Shown piece after piece: positions 47,826-61,843 of a stretch of 64,000 nucleotides of DNA. The stretch spans positions 75,580,001-75,644,000 of the forward strand of contig NC_087436.1 in the NCBI RefSeq assembly GCF_036321535.1, written 5' to 3'. A program made the position numbers and the translations under genes. The notes below the pieces were generated by a model. The model was not told the DNA's origin and did not search any database. It saw only the letters and a list, made by a program, of their open reading frames with translations. Source of the DNA: Camelus dromedarius (lineage: Eukaryota). Numbering within the stretch: the stretch's first letter is position 1; every line of letters begins with the position of its first letter.

Positions 47826-49729
47826 GTAAGTTCTTAACGTTTGTCTTTCTGTCCACCGCCCCCTCTGTCAGGGCTGACCGGAAAGCAATGCCATGGCTGA
47901 ATACTTGGGCCATTAAGTATACAGCCATATAAGCCATATAAGTAACATTTTTCTCAGCTTCACTATAGTTCTACTCTTGGGAAAGAGTTACACTCTTTAT
48001 TCCAGCTGCTCCAGTGTCTCATTAACAGAGTTAATGAGCAGAATGTTGATGAAAACACAATGAGTATGTGTAGGGGTAGGTGACTGTCAACAGGAAACAG
48101 TGCCAATCTCAAAAAAAGCCCAAGTCCTCCTATTTTAAGCTCCGTCCATATTTCAAATGGGAATTTTAGGGAAAGAGAATTTTTGAAGAACTTACCTGGT
48201 CAATGACTAATAGGTAATGGTATTTCATGGCCCACTTTTTCTGAGAGAAAGCACACTTTTCACCAGCTGTCATCTCAGGTCCAGCTCTAGACAGAATGCT
48301 GGCATAGTCCTTTGGCAAGATGCTGTGTCACCCCCCATCCCATGCCTCAAGAGAGGCAGTGTGGTTAGGGAACAAGTGTAGATTCAGGAACTCTGGTTTG
48401 TTTTTTTCAATCCCCAATCTGGCCCTAATTTGATAAGTGATCTTGGGTAATTAAACTCATCTTCTTTCTTTGACTTTACCTCTGGAGCTAAGGATAATGA
48501 GGAAATTAATTTTATTTTTCATTTATGTATGTTGTAAACAGATATGAACTCTCTGTGTAAAAATAATAGGTCGTTTTGACAAACACCTTGAAAATAAGAA
48601 TGATTGTCTAGATGGTATCATTCTTAGTATTGAATTTTTCCTTTGCTAATTTTAAAATTTTAACCAATAAACTGGCCTTTCTTAAAAAAAAAAAAAAACC
48701 CACTATATAGTTTTAAGTAATCCTTTTCTGGGCTGAAGAGTCTGGCTATAAAATCTGGTCCTGAATAGTAGATGGAAGATAAAGCATTGGCCTGGGAACA
48801 ATTGCTTCAATTGCTTTTGCACAGATATCCCCCTAAAATTGTCTTTTCTTAAGTTATGGGAAACTGCATTCCACCCTAATACTTCTCCTGGGTCTAGTAT
48901 AGTTTCAGAACAACTTTGATTTTGTTGTTTTTTTTTTTAATTGACAAGTGATTCTTCCCATAGGTTATATAGTCTTTTGAATCTTATGAAACACAAATTC
49001 ATAAAAATGGTTGAATACAGATTTAATCAATAGATCACTAAGGCTTGGAAAATGTTTGACAGACCAGAATAGGATTCCAGGAGCGATTCCTTCCCATTAA
49101 ATGCGTATTATAAGCTGCAGATCAAAATGCAAGCCCATTGGCAACTGAACATATATTTTCAGAAATTGATTGAATGTGATTTACCCACCAGAGCACAAAG
49201 GCTCGAAAAGAAGTATTCTATCCCGTTGAAAGCGAAGCATATTTTAAATACTAAGCTAAGTTATACACTAACTTTCTCTGAGGATTGTAGAAGAATCTGT
49301 TGTACTTCGTGTTATGGGGAAATTTTTTCTAGATATGCATAGTTAGTGAGTTTGCAACGAACATTTGGAAAGGTTGGAAAAGCCGTCTGAAATTCTGGTC
49401 ATAAATGGAGCAGAATATAAGGGATAGGAGCAGGTGAGCATGTTCTTAATTAGAGTATCATTAACTCCAAGAAGGTGATAATGATGTCAGGAGAGACAAA
49501 AGGCAAAAGTGGGGTTCTGTGTGATTTGCTTCTTAATGGTGGCTTTCTATCCACCGTTTGCTCTGTACTGCAAGTCAACAAGTAGGGGAGGGATGGTAGG
49601 GTTTTGTGGTTAGAATGAACGAGTTTTAATTCAAGCTCACCACTTTTACTGGTGTAATAACCCCTGACAAGTTACTTAACTCTCTAGGGCTCCATTTCCT
49701 CATTTGTAGTATGGGGAGGTTAAGATTAA

Positions 49730-51780
49730 TCTTAGCTAATAGAATTTCTAGGCACCAGCCAAAAATACATTAATTCAAAATATGATACCATCTATAATAA
49801 TACTACACAACATATATTAGGAATAAATGTAACAAAAGGTGTGTAACTTCTAGGGAAAATTGATGTTATGACTGACTATAAAGAAAATCCAAAAGAATGT
49901 CTTGACAAAGTATTAGAAATAAAAGGAGAATTTACCAAGGGGCCAAACAGAAGATCAACAAAACGAGAGCATTTCTATACATAAGCAAAAAATAGCCAGT
50001 AAATGTAACTAAAAAGATGCTACCACTGGTAATAACATCACAAAAATTATATTCATTGGACTAAATCTAGCAAAAACCAGGCAATATATCTATAGGGAAA
50101 TTTATAATACTTAATTGACATTTTAAAAAATACTAAATAAATAACAAGATACACCAACCATATTCGTGAATAGGAAGATTTAGTATCAAAAAGATATCAG
50201 TTCTCCCGCAATGTGATCTTTCCATTCACTTGAGTTCCAATCAAAAGCCCATGGCTGGTGTCCTCCTGTGCTATTTTGTACAAATAAACCTGAGTCAGGA
50301 TCTGTCAAAAAAAAAAAGCCCAATGGACTTTTAAAGGATCTTGATAAGCTGATTCCACAATATATAAGGACCAAAAAAAGGGCCAAAATTCTGAAAATGA
50401 ATGATAGGAGGGCAGGGGCTTGCCCCATCAGATACCAGGATTCATTAAAACCTGCGCTATTTAAAGCAGTGCAGCCCTGGAATATATCAGAGAGTCCAGA
50501 AACAGACCCACGCTTGGGACTGTCAAATAAAGCAGATACATCAAGCCAGATCAGTGGAAACAGGAGGAGCTATTTAAAACGTGGATCTGCACAAAATTAT
50601 TATTCATATGTAAAAAAACAAGAACTTGGACTGCCATGTCCCACCCTACACAGATATTAACTGTAGCAAATCAAGTACTTAAATGTCACAAGTAAAAAAT
50701 TTTACAATTCTTTGTAGGATATAGGTGAATATTTTCATCATACTGGGCAAGAGAAGAATTTCTTAAACTAGAAACAAAAAGTACTAACTATAAAGAAGAG
50801 ATTGATAAACTTGACTATAGTAAAATTAAATTTATGCTCCCCAAAACACATCATAAATACCAAAAAAACAGACAAGTTACAAATTGGAAAAAGATATTTG
50901 CAACACATGTAACCAAAAATAACAAAGAATATATGAAGAACGTCTGCAAATCCGGAAGAAAAATAATCCATTTGAAAAATGAACAGGAGACATGAGCAGG
51001 AATTTCAGAAGAGGAGCCCACAAGGCCAATAAATATAAGGAGAGATAGTCACCTTTTTAGTTATTTTAGTTTAGTTGCAGAAGAAGCAAATTAAGACTAT
51101 ATTCCACTTAATAACAATTCAATTGGCAGGAATTTACAAGTATAAGAATACCAAATGTTGGGAGAGAAATAGGAGCTTCTTTGCTGATGAAAGTGTAAAT
51201 TAGAACTCTGGGAAAGAATCTGGCATCGTCTGTTGAGGATGAATGTCCATATACTCTAACCATGCCACTCCTAGGTTCCTATCCAGGAGACACTTTCACA
51301 CGTGCATAAGATACTTACAAAAAATATGCACGAGAATGTTCAGAGCAATACTGTTTGTAATAGTGACACTATTTGTAACAGCAAAAATATTGATACAAGC
51401 CAAATGTCCATCAGCATCAAGGGGATAACAGGTAACTTTGGGTTTACTTACTTTATGGAACATCGGAGAACACTCAAAACAGATGAACTACAGCTGCACA
51501 AAAATAGATTAATGGATCTTAGCAGTCTGCTATTGAGTCAAAAATAAATCCCACAAGAGGAGTGTCTAACTCCTTTTCCTAAGTTAAAAAAAAAACTAAA
51601 AATACTTTTTAGTAATATATCAAACTATATCAAGAAATTCAAGGAAATGAGAAACAGGATCTAAAATGATGGCTGGCCCAGGGTCAGGATAGAAGAGGAG
51701 CACGTACATAAATGTTAATTATCAGAATTCTAGTCCTTGTGTTGAATGGTGGGTCAATAGATGTATAAATAATAAAAAGA
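49730..51780 (+). mobile_element. Ancient L1 (L1ME-type) ORF2/3' end fragments
   Basis: Degenerate ORF2 peptides (ESPETDP; CTRMFRAILFVI...QAKCPS); A-rich. Confidence 0.75.
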
Positions 51781-53657
51781 AAATGGAAAAAATGAATTAA
51801 TATAAAGTGGGCAAGAAGGTGTTTGAGTAGGAAAATTTCATGAGAACAAGGTCTATATTCTTAGGGATTTTTTTCACCCACAATATCTTGGATATCCCCA
51901 AATAGTAATTTTCTTTAAGTTATGACAGCATTTTCAGGAAAAAAAAAATTCAGCTGATTTCATCCTCTTCCAAACCCAGCAGTCATTTGAGGTTTGAAAG
52001 ATTATAATAAGTTGTGCCTGACATGAAATAAGCATTTCTCTGCCAAATTTGCCAGTGTGGAATTTAGAAGCTCTTCATTCTAATCAAGTACCTGGAGCTC
52101 TGTCCTTGTAGTTTATCACCACCTCGGATGACAATACCTTAGAACTCTCAGCTGTCTTTTAAAAATTCTCCCCCAGAGGGTACTTACAGTAATAGTAAGT
52201 AGTCTCTTAACTATTCATATCCACTTACTGAAGCATGCATCTTTGTCATAGTGTGAGATATGTCTCGACTTATCTGTCCCTCTGACCAACTCTATTCTAG
52301 CATCAGATTTCACAAAGAGCTTTTAAAAAGAAAAAAGAAAGAAAGCAAAGGTGGTTGGGTGGCCTTTATTTCAGAAAAGTAGCTGAAATCTAGGCATCTG
52401 AGAAGCAATGGAAAAGACAATTGCCTTTCAAATGGTATTGGGTGACTTAAAAAAAAAAAAAGAAATAGTCTTTTGGAAGCTTGCATATTGTATTTGATAA
52501 CCCATGTGAAAAAAGAGAAGCTTTTAAAATATAAATTTAGGGGAAATTTTCTGAAGTTTTGCAGCTTCAGTGAATTTGAGTTTCCTTCCTTGCTGTTGTC
52601 AAGTGATGTGAGGAAATACGGAAAATTCTGATCTTGCATTGAGGCTCTGAACTGTCAACTTAAAGCGATCCCTCAGAATCTAAATGACAGCTGACTACAA
52701 CCTGCTGCCCCAGATCCCCAGGTAGCTGCGCTCACCTTCCTGGTCTCATACGTCAACTAAGTGTACAACCTAGCCGTGAAAATTTGCATTTGAGAGTACA
52801 CTTGGCCAAACACTATTTCTTTTTGTTCCTATGGTAAAGTGTCGAGTGCCCCCATGTTCACAGTCAACTGCCCTGAAGGATGAATGACTCGGGGAATCTT
52901 TCCAAAGAGATATTGCCTGCCTTCCAGATAGTTCCAAAAATATCCTTGGAGAAAGAGAAAATTGTTCATTAAGACATTCAGTGACAATCCATGTAGAAAC
53001 ACAAGAGAGCCAGTTTCATTTCTCCAAAAACAGTGCAGAGGAAAGGGAAGTAAAGGAAGGGTCTTCATTAAACTGGGCATCTTGGGGGTTGAGCATCCAT
53101 AGATTTGGTCCTAATCGAGTGAAATCCATAAAGTTTCCTCAATTCTTCTGTTAACCTACAGTTTTTATCATGTTGAACATAAATGCATTGGCTCAGCTAA
53201 TCAACTTCCATTCTTTCTGCTTCACAGAATTTTTAAATCATTGTTACCAATGTATAATGGAATTTTACCTGTTTCTGAAAATCAGACTCTTCTGAGAAAC
53301 TATAGAAGAATATTACAACTGTGTTTATAGAAAGATGACATGTTTCTGACTATGTTTTGTTCTTCACCAGATGCTTGTAATAAAAACAAAACCTTGCATG
53401 GCTCTTAAAGTAACTATAGGGCATCTCTTTGTTTTATGCCCCGTACCTAAAGTGCATTTCCCACTATTATCTTGATCAAAGAAACCCTGTAGGAGAAATA
53501 AATACTGGGGATTGCATGCAGTTTGAAATGATATGCTTTATCATAAAAGGAAAGAGATTTTTCCTTTTAGGCAAGAAGGAAGCACCCATGATCTTTAACT
53601 ACTGGAAGTATTTATTCCTGCAAATGCGCATTCATGTCTTCTTATTTGCCCAATTAG

Positions 53658-53806
53658 GATGACTCGTCTCCTGACCGAGAAATCTGGATTCATTTAAATT
53701 CTCCGCCCATGTATGGTGCTCTTCTAAGAACCTCGGGACCTGAGGTGGAAGAACTCTCAGAGATTTCCAACTTCACAATGGAAGACATCAGCAGCAGGAA
53801 AATTAG
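53658..53806 (+). CDS. FRAS1: FRAS1 coding exon (149 nt, ~exon 39): DDSSPDREIWIHLNSPPMYG...FTMEDISSRKI
   Basis: Acceptor caattag, donor TAG|gtaggt; phase 0 to 2. Confidence 0.94.
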
Positions 53807-53992
53807 GTAGGTAATCACTTGGCATTACTTGACGTAATTTTTTAAATTGTGTTAAAATATTTAAGCAACTAACCAGTAGCTTCCTTGGAAGGATTTTGTT
53901 GCCTCTGGCCCCATCTTTAAACAAAGATGCCGTCATCCTACCTGGCCTCTCAGTGTAGCTCCTTCATTCCATTCCTCTCTTGGCCTGTCTAG

Positions 53993-54155
53993 GTACTCAG
54001 CTGCATATGAGACCGGTGGTCATCTGGTTACTGACAGCTTCCACTTCTCTGTCTCTGATAAGGACAACAACCGTCTGGACAATCAGCTGTTTACCATCAC
54101 CATCACTCCTGTCCGGGACCCACCCCCCGTCATTGCATTTGCTGACCTTATCACG
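53993..54155 (+). CDS. FRAS1: FRAS1 coding exon (163 nt, ~exon 40): YSAAYETGGHLVTDSFHFSVSD...FADLIT
   Basis: Acceptor cctgtctag after a 186-nt intron, donor ACG|gtaaac; phase 2 to 0. Confidence 0.94.
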
Positions 54156-54599
54156 GTAAACAGTTCTGAGATCAGTGAACAGTGGGTGCTGCCGAGAGCT
54201 GGAATGTGTGGCAATGTGAATAAAAGATACCTAAATTGGCTGTCACGTCTTTCCCCCCAAATATCTGTATCATAGTATCAAGATATGCATGGTTTTCAAT
54301 TGTGAGTTTTTCAGAAAGTATGCAAATAGTGATATGCAGAAGATCAAATCATTATATCCGCATTAGTTTTAGTAGTCTACAAATATTTATGTGCCAGACA
54401 TGACTCGAGATGTGTATAGTATTTTATGTACCAGGCTAGGTGTGTAGTGGAGTAGGAATATATCTTTGAAGAATTTATAGTCCAATGTTTGCAGCAACTA
54501 AAACAGGGTTATGGACAGTGTCCCCAGGTCACTTCTTGAATCAAGTTGATACTTTTCACTGTAAACAATATTGACAGTTTCTTGGGGTGGGGAGCGTAG

Positions 54600-54825
54600 G
54601 AGGCTAGATAATGTGTCTTAATCATGAAGTTACCCCGACCTGAGTTCAAGTGCTGGTTCTGTGACTAGCTAAGTGGCCTTGGACCAATTATGTAATCTTT
54701 CTTAGCCTCAATTTCTAATTTTAAAGGAACACTGTTCCTGTCACACAGAGAATTGCTCTGATGATTAATGAAATAGCATTCAAGAGCCCTGGCACCATGC
54801 TGGCACATGGTAGGAACTCCATAAA
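54600..54825 (+). mobile_element. MIR SINE
   Basis: acctgagttcaagtgctggttctgtgactagct...gcctcaatttct...gctggcacatggtaggaactccataaa. Confidence 0.7.
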
Positions 54826-55731
54826 AGTTAATCCACTTTCCCAGTTCTGCTCTGTGTACACACCACACTTCCTAAAACTCAGGATTTTTCTGGTTTTGTC
54901 AAGCAACTGAAAAGTCAGAGAATGAAGTTGTTTCGAAATGGCTCCCATATTCCACCCATTTTTTTCATTTCATTTCCACACCTTGGGGAAGCCATTTGGA
55001 CCTTCCGCATTCCCAGAGCCAGGGTGACTTTCCACTTTGTCACTTGTAGATCTTCCCATATTTGGCCAACAGTCATTAAGAATAAGCAGCTTCGCATCCA
55101 GCAGGCTAGCAAAAAAACACCAGGCTCAGGTTGCAAATTTAGCACACAAAACAGGGCCCTAAAGGAAAAAGGTGGCTAGAGCAACTGCTTTTACTTACTC
55201 TGATTTACTTTCCTCCTTGACATTAGGTAAGCGCTAGGTACAGTGCGCCCTTCCTTCCTGCACACCAGTAAACATGTACTGTAAGGGCATAAATGGGACT
55301 TTACTCCGGGCGGGAGCTCCTATAGGACAGGATCACTCTCACGGTCCCCGAGGGAGAACTGGATGGCTCATTCTCTGGCTGCGGGTGTTTAACATTGATA
55401 CGGAAGGAGGGCAAGCATCCAGTCATGCAGCTGTTCCAAGGCGGGTGATTAGAATGGGCCAGAGCTGCTTCATAACTAGATCCATCACTGAAGGAAGCAC
55501 AACTTTGAAGGGAAACAGGAAAGTCATCATGTCTGAGTGCAGCTTTGAGAGGCACTGAAGCACTGCCTGGCCCCAGCACACGCACAGTTCCTCATCCCGT
55601 CTGTAGGACCTGCCTCTCAGAGAAGTGGCATCGCTGCTAGGAGGTCACCCAGGCAGCTGTTTTTAATTCAGTTCTTTTTCGCTGCAGTTACGTGCAACCG
55701 CCCAAGGACTCTACAATCTTCTCTTTCCCAG

Positions 55732-55867
55732 GTTGATGAGGGCGGGAGAGCCCCACTCTCATTTCACCACTTCTTCGCTGCTGATGATCATGACAACCTC
55801 CAGGGGGATGCCATCATTAAGCTGAGTGCCCTGCCCAGATACGGCTGCATCGAGAACACGGGGACAG
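55732..55867 (+). CDS. FRAS1: FRAS1 coding exon (136 nt, ~exon 41): VDEGGRAPLSFHHFFAADD...YGCIENTGT
   Basis: Acceptor ctctttcccag, donor CAG|gtacca; phase 0 to 1. Confidence 0.95.
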
Positions 55868-57251
55868 GTACCAGCAGTAGCTATGCTGTAGAACTGTCCC
55901 AGACCTGGAGAGAAGGGAGCGTGGAGGTGGGGTCACTGCCTGCAATTAACCTGAAGAGGAGTGGGACCATCCCAGAGAGATGGAAGAAAGGAAGGAAGGT
56001 TTCACTGACTGAACAGAAAATAGACTGAGCCTTTCCTGCAGGCCAAGCACTTTTTTAAGCGCTGAAGAGACACCAGTAAACAAAACAGGCAGAAACCCCT
56101 ACGTTCATGGTGCCTTAGATCCTGGTTGGGGGAGACATGAGAAACCTAATAAATGAGAAAGTTGTGTAAGATGTTAGGATGTAATCAGTACCACAGGAAA
56201 AATGAGAGCAGGGTAAGGGGGTTTGGGAGCTGGCAGAGGGGACAGAGGGGCTCGTGGATTGCACTTGGAATTGAGGGTCAAGGAAATACAATTTTCTGTC
56301 CTTTTACTGTGAGACAGCTGCAGTTCAGCTGAACCATAGCTTGTGTCTCAGCTTTTTCCTAGGACATGACATGAATTGAAATGCATGCTTGTCTCTGTGA
56401 CCCTCTCCTCGACATCCCTCCTCCTCACCATCTGCCCTGGACCCACTGCCCTTGGTGGTTGTCCCAGAGAAGAGGAGGCGAGAAGGCGGATACCGTCCAC
56501 AGGCCCCTGAGACCGCAGTGACTGGCAGTTGAGACAGCTCCTGGCAGGCTGCTGCGCTGCTGCTCTGCAGAGAGATGCTCGAGTGCCAGCGCTTGGCTCT
56601 AATTGGCGTGCAGCTAGCAGCTCCCACAGAGAGGCCATTGACTGAAGGCGTCTGCCACCAGCGTGGGGCCTGGGACTTGAGCCCCGTTACTGGAAATTCA
56701 TTTAGCAAGGGTCATGTTTTCCCATAGCAAATCCTGAGTCTTTTCCCCGTCTTGCCTTTCAGTGTGTGCCCTTAGATTCGGTTATGGCTGAGTTAGATTT
56801 ATCTCAGTGAATGTTTGTGTCGGATACGACGAATATAAACACAAACAAGACACAGCTCCTGCCTCAAGTGGGAGACAGATATGAAGACTGATAAATGATG
56901 ATGATGAGACGTCAGGTCAGGGAGAGGAGCAAAGCACTGAGAAAGCACATGGGACGAAACAGTGACTTTTGGCTGGGAAGGCAGGAAAGTCTGAGGAAGT
57001 GACATTTGAGTTGGAACTTGAAGGGTTAGTGAGAGTCGCTGTGGGCAGAGAGAGAATGGCATTTCTCACAGAGGGAAGAACACGAGCAAAGGTGGGAAAT
57101 GGTGAAAGGATGGTTGCCCAGGCCCTCTCTTCTCTCCAGGGGGTTGCTTTCTAAGCCTCCCTAACGCTGTTTTATGTTAACCTGGAGTGCATGCAGAGGG
57201 GTGTTTCAGTGGCCCAGAAGTCAAATTTCTGGTGCATCTCAGCCTCTCTAA

Positions 57252-57436
57252 AAGTGGTTCTCAAACTTTAATGTGCATACGACTCACCTGGAGAGCTTGT
57301 GCAAACACAGCTTCCTGGGCAGCCACCCCCGAGTTCCTGTTTGGGGAGACTGGTGAGACGCATGCATTTGCATTTCTCACCAGCTCACCTGCGACGCCAT
57401 TGCTGCTGGTCCAAGGACCACTTGGAGAACCGCTGC
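57252..57436. mobile_element. MER5A hAT-Charlie MITE
   Basis: agtggttctcaaactttaatgtgcat...ggaccacttggagaaccgctg; recognisable inverted termini. Confidence 0.8.
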
Positions 57437-59248
57437 TCTACATTAGTATGAACTTGGAAGTAAGGGAAAGATGTTCAGGGGAGCAAATGATGTAAAGACC
57501 CACCATTTGCTCTATGGTTTCATATGTGTATGAAATGGGCTACCTAGATTCAGAATTCAGCTGATTAGAAGAATGTCTTTTTAAAAACATTAGAAGAAGT
57601 AGCTTTAGCTTCATACCAGCAAAGCAGAAGAAACTGAAAAATCATATTGTTTGGTATGAAATCCAGCAGCGTGGAATCTACATTGCTTTAGTACCAGCAC
57701 AACCAGGATGGGGCCCACCTTGATTACCTGTCAGGCATCACTGTGTTCCAGCACGATACAGAATGATAGCCTGCGTGCATCGGGAACTGTTTAATTTGCA
57801 CGTGGTATATTCTTTTTAAGAAGGCAAGGAAGCACATTAATGAGAACGATTTACTTAAAAAAAATAGAAGGTGCTATTTTAAAAATGGAAAGAGCTGGTG
57901 CTTGAAGCCTCCCTGACAGGTGCACTTGTTGAATAGCTTGTTTTCTAATGGCAGAAAGTAAGTCATGATGCTGTTTGAGCAGATTTTCAGGCATCATTTA
58001 CTTAGGCTATTTTTGACCCAAATAAAGAAGACGTATTTCTTATATTTATAGTGAGCAATGGAAAGAGAAAATAAAAGTTTGAAGGAATTACAGCAATTCT
58101 TTCCAGAAACCCTAAACTGTATGCCCTAGGGCTTATCAGGTCACTGGTCACTTAGACCCCTCTATGCTTCTGGTGCCAAGAGGAATCAAATCTGAGTAGT
58201 AAAATTTAAGAAAACTCGTGTTATCTAAGAAAAAAATTGTCTCAAGTTCTCATTTCAAAGAAATTGTAAATAAAACGTTTTCATTCTTAGTCTTTCCGTT
58301 GGGAGGTTGACAAAAAATGACCCTGTATACAATTCAGGAAATCAATGGCCTTTTAATTTATGACCTAATCTCTGCAAAGGACCATGAAAGAGGGAAAGAG
58401 AAAGTCTTGTTGCTTTCAGATCTACTATCTACACTTTCCTTTGTTGATGTATATCCAGGGAGTATTTGAAGACACAGGATTTCTTTTTTCTCCTCCCTTT
58501 GGAAGAAAATGCAAACATTTAAAATCAATCAATTAGAAAGAGTTAGACCAAGTAAGAGACAAGTCATCGATCATTTAGATGCGCTTGCCCTTCCTCTTGG
58601 CCTTTCGAGTTGGGATGGAAAGAAGAGTTAACCAGAGCCAGCACTTTCTATTGAGCTCTGAGTGGTACCTGACAAGCATCCCAGCACCTGGGGTGCACCT
58701 GCGCTCCAGACGGTCCCTGGTCATCACAGTAGCTCTGGTGTGCCATCCCTGGGGCTGAGCACTAACCCAGACAGAGGTTCCCTTAAGGAACTGAAGGGTC
58801 CAGTGAAAACATGCTTGAGGAGATGTTTCTTAGAGGTCTCTGTTTACAGAGGTACACAGTTCACCTTTTCTTCTATGGAGAAAGAGGGTTCCTCTTGCAG
58901 AGTGGTTCTGAAATTGATTACAGTTAAGGTGGAACTTTTGCTGTCGTGTCCTTGCTTGCCCCAAGACTTGCTTTATCAAAGATGTCTAACAAAACAGCCA
59001 CTGATTCTGTGCTATATGAAATAGCATTCTGAGTGCTTTCATGCCTGGTATCTTATTGATTCCCATTTATAGATAAGAAATGGTGGGGAAGCTGGGATCC
59101 CACTCCAAGTCTTCCAGTTCCACTCTGCCACCTTTCTTCTCAAGTGTGTTTTCATCTTCTGTTGATAACACTGTCATGTTTTCCAGTTCAGCCTAGTAAA
59201 CAGGAAGTGACAGATCAAAGTAAAAGTTCCCTCTTACTGTTGATGCAG

Positions 59249-59439
59249 GTGATCGTTTTGGCCCTGGAACTACTAGTGACCCAGAGGCATCGTTCCCTAT
59301 TCAAGATGTCCTGGAAAATTACATTTATTACTTTCAGAGTGTTCATGAAAGCATTGAGCCAACCTACGATATTTTCAGTTTTTATGTGAGTGATGGAAAC
59401 AGTCGATCAGAAGTTCACAGCATTAACATCACCATTGAG
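59249..59439 (+). CDS. FRAS1: FRAS1 coding exon (191 nt, ~exon 42): GDRFGPGTTSDPEASFPIQDVLENYIYYFQ...SINITIE
   Basis: Acceptor tgcag, donor GAG|gtaaag; phase 1 to 0. Confidence 0.95.
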
Positions 59440-60452
59440 GTAAAGACTTTGGAATTTGGAAAAGTGGGGCCTTTGACCACAATGTCCCACCTTTAGGTAC
59501 CTTTATATGAACTCAAAAGCAAGGATGCTTGGCTTTAACCTTAAATTTTTGAGGTCAATTTAAAAAATATAACCCTGACCTTTAGAAAACGTGTAGAATT
59601 AAGGGTGGCATTTGGGGATGGTCTGACTTGGAAATCTGAATTTCCATTTCAGGGTAAAATCTATCTGTTCTGTGTGAAAATACTTTATGAAGGTCAGACA
59701 GAGAAACCTTGCCAGTCTCATATTGGGTGAAAAATAACATACAGTTATTTTTTCCTGAAATTATTGTTGTGGTTCTATGTGCATACTTGCCTTTTCTTAT
59801 ATTTTAACGCATTTATTCATTACATTGTAATGTTAAAGAAATGTGTCCCTTGATGCTGTATTTAGTCTCATTTGAGCAACTACATAGGCTTGCTCTGCCA
59901 CCCTAGGGAGAGATAAAGATAAAAGTTAAAACTGAGAATGGAATGTCCTCTGACTTGCGAAAATAAGACGTGGTGCCCTCCGCATCCTTCAGGGACAGGA
60001 GTGGGGAGGGCTGGGCAGAGGGTGGTCAGGGAGACACCCACAGTTTCACATACGTGTCCTCCTACAGGCACTGGGATATGCTTGGGGTTCTGAGACAGTT
60101 CTGCTTTCAAATAAAGTGCCCTTTTATCCCCCACACATACTTGTGCTTGTCTAACCCATTTCCATATTTTCGGTCTGGAAAATGTCACCATTGTACCTAT
60201 GGGAAATATCTGGGATTTCTGTGGCATGCCCATCAGTTTCTTTTCAAGGGGCCTTTTGGTTTGTATAACCTGCTTACCTTTCAAACTAACCATTTTGATT
60301 GAGAATTGAAGATGGCGACAGAGTAAATGCTATTTCAATAGTAAAAGTTGATGTGATGGTGTTACTTTCTCTGTAGAATGTGCGTTGTTTTTTTCCTTCT
60401 TCTTGTTCTTCTTAAACCAGTGTCTGTGTGATGTTTTATATGCTTTCATCAG

Positions 60453-60606
60453 AGGAAGAACGACGAGCCTCCCAGGATGACTTTGCGGCCCCTCGGCGTG
60501 CAGCTGAGCTCCGGAGTGGTGATAAGCAATTCCTCTCTGAGCGTGCAAGACCTGGACACTCCAGATAATGAGCTGATTTTTGTATTGACGAAAAAGCCTG
60601 GCCATG
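60453..60606 (+). CDS. FRAS1: FRAS1 coding exon (154 nt, ~exon 43): RKNDEPPRMTLRPLGVQLSSG...DLDTPDNELIFVLTKKPGH
   Basis: Acceptor ctttcatcag, donor ATG|gtagga; phase 0 to 1; NDEPP and DLDT cadherin-like motifs. Confidence 0.95.
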
Positions 60607-61843
60607 GTAGGACCCAATTGCTATGGGAAGCTTCTTAACTGAAGTACCCAATGGGTTATTAGAATAAACACATAGATTTCAGCTGATCATTCCCCTGCCT
60701 TGCCCAAGTCTAGTCCATTCTTTGCATCAAAGTATAATCAAATTCACAGCAAGCTAATATTCTTTGGGGTCACAGTAGACGCTGGTTGCTCTAAAAGCCT
60801 GAATCCTGGGTAATTGGTGTCTCTGAAATTCAATTTCAGCTATTTCCTTGCTTTCCTGTGTAAACTCAGGCAAAACAAGTTTTCAGAATCTGCACATCCT
60901 CTTCTTGGTGTAGGCATCATTGCTTGATATTCCTGGGCCATTTCATGCAAGGAACAGCTTAGCAGCCTTGTAATTAATTACAAAAGGTGTTCACTTCAGG
61001 TTAGAGACATGGTAGACATCCTTATAAGCTTGTTCCTTTTGCAGAGAAAGCACTTTTCCTGATTAAAGCAGAGAGGTGAAAACCACCATGGGAATCGTCT
61101 ACCTACCTCTTTTCTAAGGGTCGTGCCCTTGGTATGAGCTCAGGTCTGGCACTTGCACCTCCCAAGTGATGTCTTAGTCCATCCGAACGCCTGTTGGTCT
61201 TTTAAAGATGAAACTGTTGCTGTTGATGGAGAGTTATAGGAGAGGCTGTTTGTCATTGCATTTTAGCTTGCTTTTACTTTTTTTAATTCACTTTCTTTAA
61301 TGAAGCACTTTAACTGTCCCATTGCCCTGCACATGGCCCTTGAAAACAGAAAAATATGCCTCAGCCCAAAGATGCTCAGTGTCTTTCTAAATTTAAAAGG
61401 AATTTTCCTGTCTCCTGTCCCAGATGCCCTAGTAGGAAGTCAGCAAGTAAAAGTGCTGTTTTCACCTTGTAGAAGGGGAAAATAGGGTTTAGATAACGAA
61501 GTGTGTTCAAATTCATGAAGAGAGACATGATTCTTAAGTCACCATATTACCACATCCATCCAGGTCTCCTTAAGAGATTGTTCACCCAGACAAGTGGAAC
61601 TTTATCTTCTTTATTTGGAGATGAGACCATAGAGCAGTGCCCTGTGCTTCTATATAAAATGCTGACTTGTTGGTCATTTATTTGTGTGCCACCCAGAGCC
61701 TCTCAGGGGCCTGACATTCTACCCAGGCTCAAAGGAGCTGACAAGTTCAGACAGTTTTGATGCCATACATACTATACCATTGTTTTCCTTCTTTCTTTCT
61801 TTTTCTTTTTTCTTTTTTTTTATTTTTTAACTTCCTTCCTCAG

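Noticed and set aside
55801..55809. Integrin-binding RGD motif
   Set aside because: The sequence encodes QGD, one base from RGD. No RGD occurs in the exons translated here, and I cannot confirm that orthologues have RGD at this site.
56325..56708. 127-aa minus-strand ORF in a GC-rich patch, and a possible CTCF site
   Set aside because: The translation has no recognisable domain, the CTCF match is poor, and the patch is too short to call a CpG island.
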